From Candidatus Fokinia solitaria (GTDB taxonomy: Bacteria; Pseudomonadota; Alphaproteobacteria; Rickettsiales; Midichloriaceae): 32,000 nt of DNA. The first letter of the stretch is position 1; every line of letters begins with the position of its first letter. Position numbers and translations under genes: made by a program. Shown here piece by piece: positions 10,130-21,003 of the stretch. Under the pieces are notes generated by a model. It did no database searches, was not told the origin of the DNA, and saw only the letters and a program-made list of their open reading frames with translations. The stretch spans positions 360,001 through 392,000 of the forward strand of contig NZ_CP025989.1 of assembly GCF_003072485.1 (NCBI RefSeq), given 5' to 3'.

Positions 10130-10693
10130 TTGCGCGTGAATCCGGTATATGTATTCGATTGCATAGCAGTATTCGTAATAGTAGTATCTGTATTTGCAGG
10201 GTGGAGTCGTGGTTTTATAGCCTCCGCATTGAGTTTTGCAGGATGGTTTTTGTCTGTATTCTTGACTTATGTAGGATATCCATTTGTTGAGCCTTTTTTA
10301 AGAGAAAGATTTCATTCTGATGTAGTAGTATTTGCTATAGGGTACATTGGTGTATTGTTCGGATTATTGATGATTATAGGGGTATTCAATCTATTTGTGG
10401 TTAGTGCGTTAAAGCCTATTTCAGGTAATATTTTGGATAAATCGCTAGGATTAGTGTTTGGTATTGGAAGAGGAGTGGTAATATGTACCGTCGGATTGAT
10501 CGTAGTATATGCTATATATGCCGCTTATTCAAAGAAAGAGTATCATAAAGCGAAGGACGAGATGTCGGAATTTTTCATTGTAAGTAATGTGTTTTTTGTG
10601 ATAGATAAATCACATGATGTAGTATTTTTGATGATGCCACATCAAATGGCAGATGATATCTTAAAAATTGGATCTCAAAAAGATGACATATAA
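10130..10693 (+). CDS. cvpA: CvpA family membrane protein
   Basis: 187 aa with the CvpA-like layout 'NPVYVFDCIAVFVIVVSVFAGWSRGFIASALSFAGWFLSVFLTYVGYPFVEPFL... KPISGNILDKSLGLVFGIGRGVVIC'. Confidence 0.8.
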   Translation: MRVNPVYVFDCIAVFVIVVSVFAGWSRGFIASALSFAGWFLSVFLTYVGYPFVEPFLRERFHSDVVVFAIGYIGVLFGLLMIIGVFNLFVVSALKPISGNILDKSLGLVFGIGRGVVICTVGLIVVYAIYAAYSKKEYHKAKDEMSEFFIVSNVFFVIDKSHDVVFLMMPHQMADDILKIGSQKDDI

Positions 10694-11141
10694 ACTTAAT
10701 ATATCAAAGAACAGAAAAGCATATCATAATTATACCGTAGATAGTACTTATGAAGCGGGTATAGCGCTGCGTGGTAGTGAAGTTAAGTCACTTCGTAAGA
10801 ATAAGACATCATTAAGTGAATCATATGGAAGTTTAATAAAAGGAGAATTATTTTTGCTAAATTTGCATATACCTCAATATGAATGTACAACCGCATTTCT
10901 ATTAGATTCGAGACGGCCGAAAAAATTATTGCTACATAAAAGAGAAATTAATCGAATCATAGGTAAAATGAAAAAAAATCACTTTACTATAATACCGTTG
11001 GAAATGTATTTGAACGAAAGAAGTTTGATAAAGGTAGCGATAGGAGTATGCAAAGGAAAAACAAACTATGATAAAAGAGAGTCTATAAAGAAAAGAGAGA
11101 TTGAGAGAGAAATGAGAAGAGATGTGAGTAATCAAGAATAA
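10683..11141 (+). CDS. smpB: SsrA-binding protein SmpB (start more likely ATG 10683 than TTG 10668)
   Basis: NRKAYHNYTVDSTYEAGIALRGSEVKSLRKNKTSLSESYGSLIKGELFLLNLHIPQYE...KKLLLHKREINRIIGK. Slightly overlaps cvpA. Confidence 0.93.
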   Translation: MTYKLNISKNRKAYHNYTVDSTYEAGIALRGSEVKSLRKNKTSLSESYGSLIKGELFLLNLHIPQYECTTAFLLDSRRPKKLLLHKREINRIIGKMKKNHFTIIPLEMYLNERSLIKVAIGVCKGKTNYDKRESIKKREIEREMRRDVSNQE

Positions 11142-11285
11142 TCCGAATCTTTTGATGGTTAGTTTATCATATAGATATCTTTTTTGAGGCGGCGTACCTC
11201 TTAGATTGTATGTCGCGATCGAATGTCGTATTTGATGATTTTTTGCGATAGTGTTTTCTTTATATCGATGATGACTTCATTCTAG

Positions 11286-12047
11286 TTAATAGAGTATCTT
11301 TTTAAGATATAATCCATGTGGCGGCGCCATCACGTGACATTCTTTCCTTGATTTACTCTCTAAAACTGTGAGCAATTTTGTAATATCCCACTTTCCTGCA
11401 CCTACACAGAACAATCCTCCTACTAGTAATCTGACTTGATTATGTAAAAAAGATTTTGCGCCAAATTCTATACTAATAGTTTTTTCTAGCGGAAAGTTAG
11501 ATTCTGAGATGTTGATGTAATCGATAGTCCTTATAGGAGATTTTGCTTGGCATCTTGGAGAGCGAAAAGCGGTAAAGTCGTGAGTGCCTACAAGTATAGT
11601 GGCTGCTTCCATCATTGCAGATACATTTAACTCAAGGTTAAAAATATGCCATACTCTTCCGTAAAATAATGCGGTAGGTGCATCGCGATTCAATATATTA
11701 TAGCAATATATGCGTTGTTTAGCAGAAAGTCTTGCATCAAAAGAAAGATCAACATTCTCTATACTGAGTACTATTATACCTGTGTTTTTTAAAAAATAGT
11801 TTAGAGTTGTGCAAATTTTTTTCAGCTTTAAAAGTATATCAGTATCAAAATGCGCCACTTGGTTGATAGCGTGTACTCCGCTATCAGTACGTCCAGCAAC
11901 AAATAATGATATATTTTTCGAAAGAACAGCTAAAAGAGTATCTTCTAATTTTTGTTGCACACTTATACCATGAGAAGATGGTTGTTTTTGCCATCCTATA
12001 AATTTGGTGCCATCATATTCTAACTTCATCTTGTATCTATATAGCAT
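11286..12047 (-). CDS. truA: tRNA pseudouridine synthase A
   Basis: YRYKMKLEYDGTKFIGWQKQP...VAGRTDSGVHAINQVAHFD...FSARLSAKQRIYCYNILN...HDFTAFRS...FLHNQVRLLVGGLFCVGAGKW. Confidence 0.95.
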   Translation of the reverse strand: MLYRYKMKLEYDGTKFIGWQKQPSSHGISVQQKLEDTLLAVLSKNISLFVAGRTDSGVHAINQVAHFDTDILLKLKKICTTLNYFLKNTGIIVLSIENVDLSFDARLSAKQRIYCYNILNRDAPTALFYGRVWHIFNLELNVSAMMEAATILVGTHDFTAFRSPRCQAKSPIRTIDYINISESNFPLEKTISIEFGAKSFLHNQVRLLVGGLFCVGAGKWDITKLLTVLESKSRKECHVMAPPHGLYLKKILY

Positions 12048-12168
12048 GGTATATTGCGGTATGTTTTTTTTTAATCTGATTTTCGAAATAATCTATGTAC
12101 TTTAGATTATAACAGATTTTGATCTTTTCTTGATAGTATGAAGCATATTGCTATTTGAAATAAGTTTT

Positions 12169-12453
12169 TCAGATTATTTTTACAATAAGGGTATAAATTG
12201 CAACATTACAATAAGATAGCAGGAGAAATATATGGATCTCGCATGAAGATACCGAAGTAGGTGAGAGTAGTGCTAATTGAAGAATTTTTGTTTTTTTAGA
12301 AGTATAATTGAATGGTATAATGAACAGTAAGGAATTAACCAAAATAAGAGAAATTTTCACAGTATTGCGTACAGTGATTTGATACATCTGAATAGCTTCG
12401 TTTCTACTTTTCATGAAGAGATTAAAGTAAGAATAGCGAAACTTTAGAGGCAT
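12169..12453 (-). CDS. Hypothetical small protein with hydrophobic C-terminus (may not be coding)
   Basis: 94-aa ORF only; no recognised motif. Confidence 0.2.
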   Translation of the reverse strand: MPLKFRYSYFNLFMKSRNEAIQMYQITVRNTVKISLILVNSLLFIIPFNYTSKKTKILQLALLSPTSVSSCEIHIFLLLSYCNVAIYTLIVKII

Positions 12454-12625
12454 CAGTAAAGCTTTATTTTCTTTGTACTGAAGGTAACGACATATATCTT
12501 GTTGTGATGAGAGCGCGTTAAAATCCGCATTACTTGTAGAGATATACTTCTGCTTCAGTGCGCAAAAAGTTAGTGATAACTTTACACTAGAATTCTAAAA
12601 ATGCTTAACTTTAAAGCGATAGTAA

Positions 12626-13606
12626 CTAGCCTAAGTCCGTAATAAATATCGTACTCTCAGGAAGAAGATCTTGATTGATCTTGAAAATTTTCATCTGTTT
12701 CTCGCTGATATATGAAGTATAATCTTTCATCTCCGGCTGTAATGGAGGAAAGTTACCATTCTTATTTTTTAAAATGCTTAAAGCAAGTTGCGCTGTTTTA
12801 AGTCCTATATTTCTGTAATTAATGCCAAAGCTAGCTAATGCGTATCCGTCTACTACTGCTTTATTATCAGAATTTATTATCGGTATACCTAACTTTTGAC
12901 ATTCTTGCGCAATTATTGGTATGGCAGGTTGTATCACTCCACTTGTGCCAACGTATAGGAAATCGATCTTATTTTTGAATTTTTGTAATTGCATTTGTAT
13001 ATCCTGTGCTGAATGTACAGGGTAAGACACTAATTCGAAATTGCTATTCATAGACGCACTCTTCATTTCATCCAGGAGATGAGAATCACTCGCTTCTCCG
13101 GTGCTATACAACATTCCGACTCTATGCGCATTTGGCATGATTTTTTTCACGAAATCTAACATGAAGCTAAGATTCTGTTTTTCAGAAACGCCAGTGACAT
13201 TACGTAAAGGATGTTTAGCATCTGTCAATATACCAGCCTTTACCGGATCATTTACTGCTGTAAATATTACTGGTATATCTCTTACCATGCGCTTTGCACT
13301 TTGCGCCACCGGAGTAGTGATTGCAATCATCACTTCTGGTCTGAGTGAATGCAGATATGCTACTACTTGAGGAATTAGCAATTGATCAAAATTTGCATAT
13401 TCTACTTTATATGTGATCTTCCTTTCTCCTTCTCTATTTTCTTTTGCAATTGCTTTAAAGATTTCATCTGTTATCTCATCTAAAGAGCTATGCATGCCAT
13501 AACTAGCGATACCGATAACTGTACTACTTCTTGTATGGAGTAGAATGTACACTACTGAAATTAGTGTCGCACTGGCAAGAATAAAAAGAAAAGCTTTCTT
13601 AGCCAC
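12626..13606 (-). CDS. ABC transporter substrate-binding protein (ABC_sub_bind/TrpX-like)
   Basis: 326 aa. Signal peptide-like N-terminus, 'RSTVIGIASYGMHSSLDEITDEIFKAI', 'VAQSAKRMVRDIPVIFTAVNDPVKAGIL', 'PNAHRVGMLYSTGEASD', 'LGIPIINSDNKAVVDGYALASFGINYRNIGLKTAQLALSILK'. Confidence 0.85.
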   Translation of the reverse strand: MAKKAFLFILASATLISVVYILLHTRSSTVIGIASYGMHSSLDEITDEIFKAIAKENREGERKITYKVEYANFDQLLIPQVVAYLHSLRPEVMIAITTPVAQSAKRMVRDIPVIFTAVNDPVKAGILTDAKHPLRNVTGVSEKQNLSFMLDFVKKIMPNAHRVGMLYSTGEASDSHLLDEMKSASMNSNFELVSYPVHSAQDIQMQLQKFKNKIDFLYVGTSGVIQPAIPIIAQECQKLGIPIINSDNKAVVDGYALASFGINYRNIGLKTAQLALSILKNKNGNFPPLQPEMKDYTSYISEKQMKIFKINQDLLPESTIFITDLG

Positions 13607-13676
13607 GGATTTGGCAAAACTTTAAAAAGAAGGCAATTATAGCCTTATATAAGATAGTTTCAAGTACTTATTCGAT

Positions 13677-14030
13677 CTACTTTGTTATTTTTATCAATTT
13701 TGTTCTTGAAGTTATTCCTTTTATAATAGTTATATCACCTTTTGAAATATTGAAATAAGTCGCTAGTAATCTGATAAGTGCATCATTTGCTTTGCCATTT
13801 TGAGGGACTGCATTGACTTTAATTTTTAATGTTTTATTGCCAAAAAGATCTTGCTCAAATCCTACAACTTCATTCTTAGAAGCATTTACTATCACTTTTA
13901 CCTCTATTATCACTTTACATATTTTTAAAATATGATACAGGCGTACTTTACGAGAATTATACCTCGCTTTCCAGTATGAAGCATGTAAAACCTTGTTTTT
14001 TGGAAGATGGAAGAAATTTTTGCAAAACAC
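13677..14030 (-). CDS. DUF167 (YggU-like) family protein, start uncertain
   Basis: C-terminal ~80 aa '[74 protein letters not shown]'. Confidence 0.82.
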   Translation of the reverse strand: MFCKNFFHLPKNKVLHASYWKARYNSRKVRLYHILKICKVIIEVKVIVNASKNEVVGFEQDLFGNKTLKIKVNAVPQNGKANDALIRLLATYFNISKGDITIIKGITSRTKLIKITK

Positions 14031-14088
14031 ACTTGTTTTTATAAGTTAGTGCCAATACATCTGTTCTAATCTATTTATCGTATTTGAA

Positions 14089-16014
14089 ATGGAGAGTAGA
14101 TTTTTTTCTTATATTTTATCAGCTATCTTATACCTTACGCTTCTTTCGAATGTTGCGTACGCTAGATGGGAATCAGTTGAAGATGTGCACGTAAAATGTA
14201 AGTTATGGAATGTTGATATACATGTTGCTGCTGACGGTAAAGCAGAAGTGCAAACAACTGAAGAATATGAGATTGTAAATGAAAGGGCGCGGAAAGAATA
14301 CGGAACATATACTTTGTTATATGGAGAAAATTCTAGCAAGATAGAGATTTTAGAGGCGAAAGTTATAAATGGTAAAGAATCTTATGAAGTGTCCAAAGAT
14401 TCGATAGAAATTAAGCCATTGGCAAGTAGTACCATAGGATTTGATGATGTTATTCAAGTCATTGTGTCATTTCCTAATGTAAAGGTAGGGAGTAAGTTAT
14501 TTTTGAAATATAAGAAAAGCATCTTCAAGCCTGTACACTTGAATCATTACATCAATTCGCTGTTTTTAGGTTCTGTTTATACTGAAAAATTCAAAATGAA
14601 CTTGCATTCAGAAATTCCGTTAAGATTTTCTGTCAATGATCCGGATAATTACTTCGCGATAAAAAGCGATTTAGATGAGAAATCTAAGAGGGCGAAAAAT
14701 ATTACACTTACGCTTAAAAAGCCTGTTATCATACGTGTTACGGAAGAGAATGATTCTTATATTAGCATAGAAAATTATCCAGCAGCATTCTTTTCATCAT
14801 TTGAAAATTCGCAAGAATTCGGTAATTCATTTACTCCAAGATTTGAAGGCGTTATATCGGAGGAGTTACCTCCATTGCTTCAGGAGATAAAAACACAAGC
14901 TATGAAATGCACCGATATTATCACGAAGCTTAACGTAATTACCTCGTTACTAAATGAAAAAGTGAGATATATGGGAGATTGGCGAGAAGTAGAAGGAAAA
15001 GTATTTCCTCGTAGCTTGAAAAAAGTTGCTGATACAGGGGTTGCAGATTGTAAAGAATTTTCTTCTTGTGTCGCAGCAATCTTAAGAAAGATGGGGATGG
15101 AAGTGAATGTGGCATTAGTGCATCGAGGAAAGATATATCAGAGTGGCAGTAGTAGCGGAGGAGAAGCACTGATGTATGAATGCAATCATGCGATAGTACG
15201 AGTAAAGGAGGGCGGTAAAGTATACTGGATAGATCCAACAAACTTTATCAGCATGGCAGATGGTATATTTAGTGATATCAGCGGAAGAGGAGCGATAGTA
15301 TTGAAGGAAGGAGGTGCAATAGTAGATAATATACCGGAAGTAGATTATACACATGCAGTAACGAAGATAGAATCGAAAGTAGAGTTATTGAATAAGGAGA
15401 AGAGAGAGGTACATGAAGAGGGAAAGATAGAGGTGTGTGGAGAGAATGCAATACCATTTACAGGAGCAGAGCTACTATATCCTAGAAACGCTATAGAACG
15501 TGCATTGTTTTATATAATAGTAGAGGGTGTAGGTGAAACAACAGACTATTCTTCTCTTAAAAAGAAAGCTATCCATATTCCTTCCCTTACTTCTAGAAAT
15601 GTGAAAACTATCCCTATTAAGTATAGTTATATCATTCCTAATGCTTACTCTATAACGAATATGGGCTTTGGTGCTTCTATACAGTGGTCAGAGTTCGAGC
15701 AATACATAAGTGTTTTTGATGATAGAGTGAGTAGCTTGTTTGTGCATTCACCTTATTCTATTTTTTCAAAAAAGCTGTTTCTCAATATGAGTGCAGAGAA
15801 TCTGCAAATTTTGAATTTTCAGATCACTTCTCCGTGGTTAATAGCTAAACAATCGGTAAAATCAAATGGAAAAGATTTAGAAATACAGAGAGAGTTACAC
15901 GTATTAAGAAAAATCATCACTCCGAAAGAAATGCACTCTAAAAGCTTTCGTGATATGCAAGAAGAGTTACGAAAACATGCAGAAGTGGTATTAATATTTA
16001 ACGCTAAACAATAG
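14089..16014 (+). CDS. Secreted DUF3857/transglutaminase-like domain protein
   Basis: 641 aa with N-terminal signal-like peptide (MESRFFSYILSAILYLTLLSNVAYA), a DUF3857-like beta domain, then 'GVADCKEFSSCVAAILRKMGMEVNVALVHRG...MYECNHAIVRVKEGGKVYWIDPTNF'. The Cys-His-Asp order fits a transglutaminase-like triad. Confidence 0.8.
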   Translation: MESRFFSYILSAILYLTLLSNVAYARWESVEDVHVKCKLWNVDIHVAADGKAEVQTTEEYEIVNERARKEYGTYTLLYGENSSKIEILEAKVINGKESYEVSKDSIEIKPLASSTIGFDDVIQVIVSFPNVKVGSKLFLKYKKSIFKPVHLNHYINSLFLGSVYTEKFKMNLHSEIPLRFSVNDPDNYFAIKSDLDEKSKRAKNITLTLKKPVIIRVTEENDSYISIENYPAAFFSSFENSQEFGNSFTPRFEGVISEELPPLLQEIKTQAMKCTDIITKLNVITSLLNEKVRYMGDWREVEGKVFPRSLKKVADTGVADCKEFSSCVAAILRKMGMEVNVALVHRGKIYQSGSSSGGEALMYECNHAIVRVKEGGKVYWIDPTNFISMADGIFSDISGRGAIVLKEGGAIVDNIPEVDYTHAVTKIESKVELLNKEKREVHEEGKIEVCGENAIPFTGAELLYPRNAIERALFYIIVEGVGETTDYSSLKKKAIHIPSLTSRNVKTIPIKYSYIIPNAYSITNMGFGASIQWSEFEQYISVFDDRVSSLFVHSPYSIFSKKLFLNMSAENLQILNFQITSPWLIAKQSVKSNGKDLEIQRELHVLRKIITPKEMHSKSFRDMQEELRKHAEVVLIFNAKQ

Positions 16015-16173
16015 AAATTGTTCTAAACGTCCTTTATTTCCTTGGTAAATTGAGAAAAGCTGAACATTATGTAAGGAAATAGTATCATCTTAAGAAGTGC
16101 CGTAATAAGTAGAATTCTCAAGAGAAAAATGTTATAAAGTTTGTTGAAATTTACTTACTCTTATATCAGGAAA

Positions 16174-17259
16174 ATGACTACTACTTTCAAAAAGGACTCT
16201 AATAATCAAGAAGGGCGCGATATTGCATTGAAAACAGCAATATCTGCTATAAAAAAAGCGCATGGTTCAGGAGCAATAATGGTGCTTGGCGAAGAGAGAC
16301 AAGAATTTGTAGAAACTTTTCCGAGTGGATCTATAGGATTAGATATAGCACTCGGAAATGGCGGCTTTCCAAAAGGTAGGATAATCGAAATTTACGGATT
16401 AGAAAGCTCTGGAAAAACTACCATTGCGCTGCAAGCTGTAGCTGAAGTGCAAAAAAGAAATGGTGTTGCAGCTTTTATAGACGCAGAACATGCTTTCGAT
16501 AGATCTTACGCCTCAAGAATCGGAGTAGATGTTGAGAATTTAGTCGTTTCTCAGCCCGATTATGGAGAACAGGCATTGGAGATCGTAGATACGTTAACAC
16601 GTTCTGGCTCTGTTGATATTATAGTAGTTGATAGTGTGGCGGCTTTGGTACCTAAAGCTGAGATAGAAGGTGAGATGGGAGATCAGCATATGGGATTACA
16701 AGCACGTTTAATGAGTCAAGCTTTGAGAAAACTTACAGGTGTAATATCAAAGAGTAAGTGCACTCTTATTTTTATCAATCAGATTAGAATGAAAATAGGA
16801 ATCTCTTTTGGCAATCCTGAGACAACTACTGGTGGTAATGCGCTAAAATTTTATTCTTCGATTAGGTTGGAAGTGAGAAAATCTGAATCGATAAAAGATA
16901 AAGAAGAATTTGTCGGTAATAGAGTAAAAGTTAAAGTCGTGAAGAATAAACTTTCTTCTCCGTTTAGGATAGCAGAATTTGACATAATATATGGCGAAGG
17001 TATATCTAAAGTAGGTGAGTTAGTAGATATTGGCGCGGATATGAGTATCGTGGAAAAAGCTGGAACTTGGTATTCTTATAACGGAGTGAAGATAGGGCAA
17101 GGACGCGAAAATGCAAAAAGATATCTTAAAGAGAACAGCGCAGTAGCGGAAGAGATTACTGCTAAAATAATGGCAGCTACCTCTCAAAATCAAACAGTAT
17201 CCTTACGTGAAGTAGAGGAGCATGCAGATGAGGCAAACTTAAGCGATCTCGAAGGATAA
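16174..17259 (+). CDS. recA: Recombinase A (track ORF extends to 16141; ATG 16174 is a plausible start)
   Basis: [57 protein letters not shown]...[38 protein letters not shown]...INQIRMKIG...[14 protein letters not shown]. Confidence 0.98.
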   Translation: MTTTFKKDSNNQEGRDIALKTAISAIKKAHGSGAIMVLGEERQEFVETFPSGSIGLDIALGNGGFPKGRIIEIYGLESSGKTTIALQAVAEVQKRNGVAAFIDAEHAFDRSYASRIGVDVENLVVSQPDYGEQALEIVDTLTRSGSVDIIVVDSVAALVPKAEIEGEMGDQHMGLQARLMSQALRKLTGVISKSKCTLIFINQIRMKIGISFGNPETTTGGNALKFYSSIRLEVRKSESIKDKEEFVGNRVKVKVVKNKLSSPFRIAEFDIIYGEGISKVGELVDIGADMSIVEKAGTWYSYNGVKIGQGRENAKRYLKENSAVAEEITAKIMAATSQNQTVSLREVEEHADEANLSDLEG

Positions 17260-17274
17260 TTTTTCTTTACTGTA

Positions 17275-18216
17275 GTGAGAGTTGATTATCAGTATTTCTT
17301 AGAAGCTACCGTCCGAGCTGCTATTGCTGCAGCTAAGAGTAGAGGAAAAGGCGACAGCAAGGCATCAGATGCCGCTGCTGTGGATGAAATGCGCGCATAT
17401 CTAAACGGATTGAGTTTTAGATCGAGGGTGATAATAGGAGAGGGGGTAAGAGACAATGCACCAATGCTGTTTCGAGGAGAGGTGTTAGGTATTGATGAAG
17501 GAGAATTATGCTGCGATGTTGCTGTTGATCCATTAGAGTGTACTGATTGTTGTGCAGGCAATAAAAATGGCGCTATTTCAGTAGTCGCTGTTTCTGATAT
17601 AGGCGGTCTTTTGGAAGCAGATGATGTGTATATGTATAAAATCGTGTATGCAGTAAATGATGCTATACCTCATGAAGTAGATGCCGATACCTCTTTAGAG
17701 GATATTTTATCTATCGTCGCTACTAGTAAAGGGAAAAAAATTTCCGAATTGTGCGTATGTATTCTGAATAGAAAGCGGCATCATGGTATTATAAAATTAC
17801 TCAGAGAGATGGATGTTACAGTGTCTTTAATAGACGATGGAGATGTGCTTGCTTCGATTATGGCTGTTATGCCAGATTTTGATATTGATATATATGTTGG
17901 TGTAGGAGGTGCACCTGAAGGTGTAATATCTGCTGCTGCTATAAAAGGACTAGGTGGAGTGATGCACGCTAAAATGCTTCACGACATTTCATCTGAGACT
18001 GAAATCGATAAAGCGCTGTTAAAACAATATCGAAATATGACACTTAGTGATTTATCAAAAGATGAAAGTGCTGTGTTTATCGCTACTGGAATTACAGATA
18101 ACGCAATGATGAAAGGTGTGATATTTGAAGGCGAGAACGTTATTACTGAATCAATTGTGATTGAAGTAGCTACCTCTAAAATGATGAAAATACAGATTAA
18201 AAAGCGCGCGAAGTAG
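17275..18216 (+). CDS. glpX: Class II fructose-1,6-bisphosphatase (GlpX family)
   Basis: VDEMRAYLNGLSFRSRVIIGEGVRDNAPMLFRGEVLG...VAVDPLECTDCCAGNKNGAISVVAVSD...IDIYVGVGGAPEGVISAAAIKGLGG. Follows recA closely. Confidence 0.9.
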   Translation: MRVDYQYFLEATVRAAIAAAKSRGKGDSKASDAAAVDEMRAYLNGLSFRSRVIIGEGVRDNAPMLFRGEVLGIDEGELCCDVAVDPLECTDCCAGNKNGAISVVAVSDIGGLLEADDVYMYKIVYAVNDAIPHEVDADTSLEDILSIVATSKGKKISELCVCILNRKRHHGIIKLLREMDVTVSLIDDGDVLASIMAVMPDFDIDIYVGVGGAPEGVISAAAIKGLGGVMHAKMLHDISSETEIDKALLKQYRNMTLSDLSKDESAVFIATGITDNAMMKGVIFEGENVITESIVIEVATSKMMKIQIKKRAK

Positions 18217-18798
18217 AAATTCAAGATGCGAAGAGAGTTGAAAGATAATCCTGTTGAAACAGTACTTATCTGCTTCACATATAAGTTATAGAATACAAAC
18301 TGAATGCACTTGTAATTTTCTGATCTTAGTAAAATAGCAAAAACTTGACTGATTATATTACTGATGAGTGCGATATCATAGAATAGTTCGTTAGTGATGT
18401 AATAGATGTCAGCGAATATATAGCCGATACTTATTGCATTATGAATCGCTATCTGAACAAGATTTCGAATTATTTGGCGCTAAAAAAAGAAGCGAAGAAG
18501 AAGAGAGGTAAGTACCGAAGTAAGAATTAAGCTTATACCACTTTCATAGATTATGCGTGAAAGAAAGTTATGCAATGGTGACGAAAAAACTAAAGAACGG
18601 TATCGAGAAAATTTTAGAAAATTCGCTATGAAATGCACGAGATTTTACTGATAAAGCATATAAAAAGACGTGAAGAGACAGAGTAAAGAAATGGATAGAA
18701 CGGATTGTGTTGCAATTTCTTGAATACTTAAGCGCTTTCTTATATAAGAGAGTCGGTAAAAAGTTTCTCGTATCTCTATTTCTCGGTACTTCTCTGTA

Positions 18799-19749
18799 AT
18801 GAAATATTATAACTGGATTCTGGTGACAGTCGTAGTTGCACTACTTCAACCGATTACTATAGCTTCAGCAAAGGGTAGAATACAATCTAATGTAGGGAGA
18901 CAAGAGCCGCCACTTTTCAGTACTAAAGAGCTGCTGAAATTGAAAAAACAAATAGATGCTTATGAAACAGTGAATTATTATTTGTACCAACATGGTATAG
19001 ATAATGTCACTAGGGAGAATGCTAAGGCGCTTATGATACTAGCAAGGAGGTGGGCCCCTTATTTAAAAATGGTAAGAAGAAAGGAGAGTATTCTATTTGC
19101 AGGACAAGCTAATTGGATAGGCTGTATTGCAGAGTTCGGTATGAGTAAAATAGAGATGAAGAAGTATTTACATAGAAATGGACTTGCAGAACACGAGGCT
19201 TGGGAGATGACTGCCCTTATGGAGATGACTGCCCTTATGGAGATGATTGGCCGTATGAATTTGAGCAGCCGCGAGATGATGGTGTATTTTTGCAATGGAT
19301 TTACAAAACGCGACGCTTTCTGTATAGCGGCCTACATGAGTTTAGTACATCAGAATTTATTACAATATGTAAAAAAGCGCAAAATGCCTAAAGATCAGAT
19401 ATCGAATACAGAATCGATGGTGCTGATGTACCTTCTCTTCTTATCAAGTCCAGACACGTTAGAGAAAATAATAGATAATGAATTGAAAAATAGAGATGAG
19501 TATACCATAGAAGAACTAAAGACTACTCTTCTGCAAAATCCAATATTTACCGACGAAGAAAAAAAAGCATTCTTCGAAAAAAGTGCATTCTTCAAAAATG
19601 ATGTACTAGAAGATTATGATGGCGATGATGAAGTTTATAAAGAGATATATAGGGAAGTATATAAGAAAGAGCCTAAAATAAAAGAGGAGCCTTCTACTAC
19701 TGCAGCTAATACGGACAATATCTCTTCCGATTCTATGGAGAATACATAA
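18799..19749 (+). CDS. Hypothetical exported protein
   Basis: 316 aa, N-terminal signal peptide-like MKYYNWILVTVVVALLQPITIASA, highly charged C-terminus, and an in-frame short duplication MTALMEMTALMEM. Confidence 0.65.
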   Translation: MKYYNWILVTVVVALLQPITIASAKGRIQSNVGRQEPPLFSTKELLKLKKQIDAYETVNYYLYQHGIDNVTRENAKALMILARRWAPYLKMVRRKESILFAGQANWIGCIAEFGMSKIEMKKYLHRNGLAEHEAWEMTALMEMTALMEMIGRMNLSSREMMVYFCNGFTKRDAFCIAAYMSLVHQNLLQYVKKRKMPKDQISNTESMVLMYLLFLSSPDTLEKIIDNELKNRDEYTIEELKTTLLQNPIFTDEEKKAFFEKSAFFKNDVLEDYDGDDEVYKEIYREVYKKEPKIKEEPSTTAANTDNISSDSMENT

Positions 19750-19775
19750 AAGCCTTCTATTGGCCTTTTATAGCG
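19750..19775 (+). terminator. Possible imperfect hairpin after the 18799..19749 gene
   Basis: TAAAAGCC-TTCTATT-GGCCTTTTA, a stem with a one-base bulge. Confidence 0.3.
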
Positions 19776-19795
19776 AGTAAAGAGGTAAAACGTGA

Positions 19796-20023
19796 CAGCT
19801 TTTCGGAGAGGATGCAGCCACTCTTTTAAGGAGAAGGCAGCGATTAAAGAAACATCAAGAAGATATTGCTAAAGCAACTTATAATATGCTTCCATATGGA
19901 GGGAAGACTGAATCTTTAATCGAATTGGCAGATAGTTATGGTGCGGATCTTGCTATTAAAGCTATATTACAAGCGGAAAAACTTAATGCTATAGATACAG
20001 CGTGCGAGTACTTCGGCAAATAA
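19796..20023 (+). pseudogene. Possible gene remnant or short ORF
   Basis: 75 open codons, QLFGEDAATLLRRRQRLKKHQEDIAKATYNMLPYGGKTESLIELADSYGADLAIKAILQAEKLNAIDTACEYFGK*, protein-like composition. The first in-frame ATG is only at 19886. Confidence 0.3.
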
Positions 20024-20181
20024 AAAAGCAAGCATTAGAGTTGATACTCTATCGAGAAAAAAAACATCTGAATAGTATCTGATCTGATAACATAGCGTCG
20101 TTCATGTAGTCTGAAACGGATACGTTATCATACCAGTATATGAATTACTCAACTAAATAATGCATTGCTTTTAAGATGACT

Positions 20182-20490
20182 TTACAAGTCGCTTGGTGTA
20201 GGTGTAATTTCTTCACTATATTCTGTGATGTTAGCTGTAGTGTTGCTATCATAAAACAGCCAATACCATAGTAATGAACTCTCCATTATAGCTGTCGCAA
20301 TAGCAGACATAACTAGTACATCTCTCATATTTAAATTATCGAGCACTTGAGCGTTTATATTGACATCATCTAAATCGAAAGGATCAAATGCATCAGCGAA
20401 CGCTTGAGCGTCTAAAGGGTCGAAATCGAAATCCATAATAAAAGAGTTATTACTATGATTTTTTTTCAAGAAGTAAATTACACGACTCAC
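20182..20490 (-). CDS. Hypothetical small acidic protein with one TM-like segment
   Basis: 102 aa with 'FDFDPLDAQAFADAFDPFDLDDVNINAQ' followed by hydrophobic 'VLVMSAIATAIMESSLLWYWLFY'. Confidence 0.4.
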   Translation of the reverse strand: MSRVIYFLKKNHSNNSFIMDFDFDPLDAQAFADAFDPFDLDDVNINAQVLDNLNMRDVLVMSAIATAIMESSLLWYWLFYDSNTTANITEYSEEITPTPSDL

Positions 20491-21003
20491 ATTAAGAATA
20501 TTTTAGCCAGTATGATAATTTAAATTATGGAAAATGAGATACGAAGAATAAAATGCAATACGAATGCGGAAATGCGATGCAATGTCACTTATACAGTTGT
20601 CACTTCTCTTTAAGAGTTTTTTAGTGCTATTTATATATTGGAATTTTTAGAATGACCATACGCCGCATATGTTCTAGCTTCGATATATCGTTTAATATTC
20701 TTATTATATATTCTTGAGATTATTTCAAGTTATACTCACGACGAGTCTAAGGACACTCTTCTTTGTACTGACAACTATCATAGCAATAGCTAAGAATATT
20801 AAGAATCGTGTTTTTGCAGAAGAATTTTTTTACGCACTCAATGATAAACTATACGTTCATTTTGATGGCATAAGTTTAATAGTTCTTATATCACATACGA
20901 AAAGGTAAAGTTTTTGTGACTATTTTCTTTACCTCTTCTTTTTCTCACTGACAATTATAAAGAGAACGTCTCTCAACTAAAATACTGCTGAAATCTTACA
21001 ACC

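Noticed and set aside
17289-18278. Minus-strand ORFs at 17289..17561 and 17979..18278
   Set aside because: Antisense to the confidently identified glpX gene.
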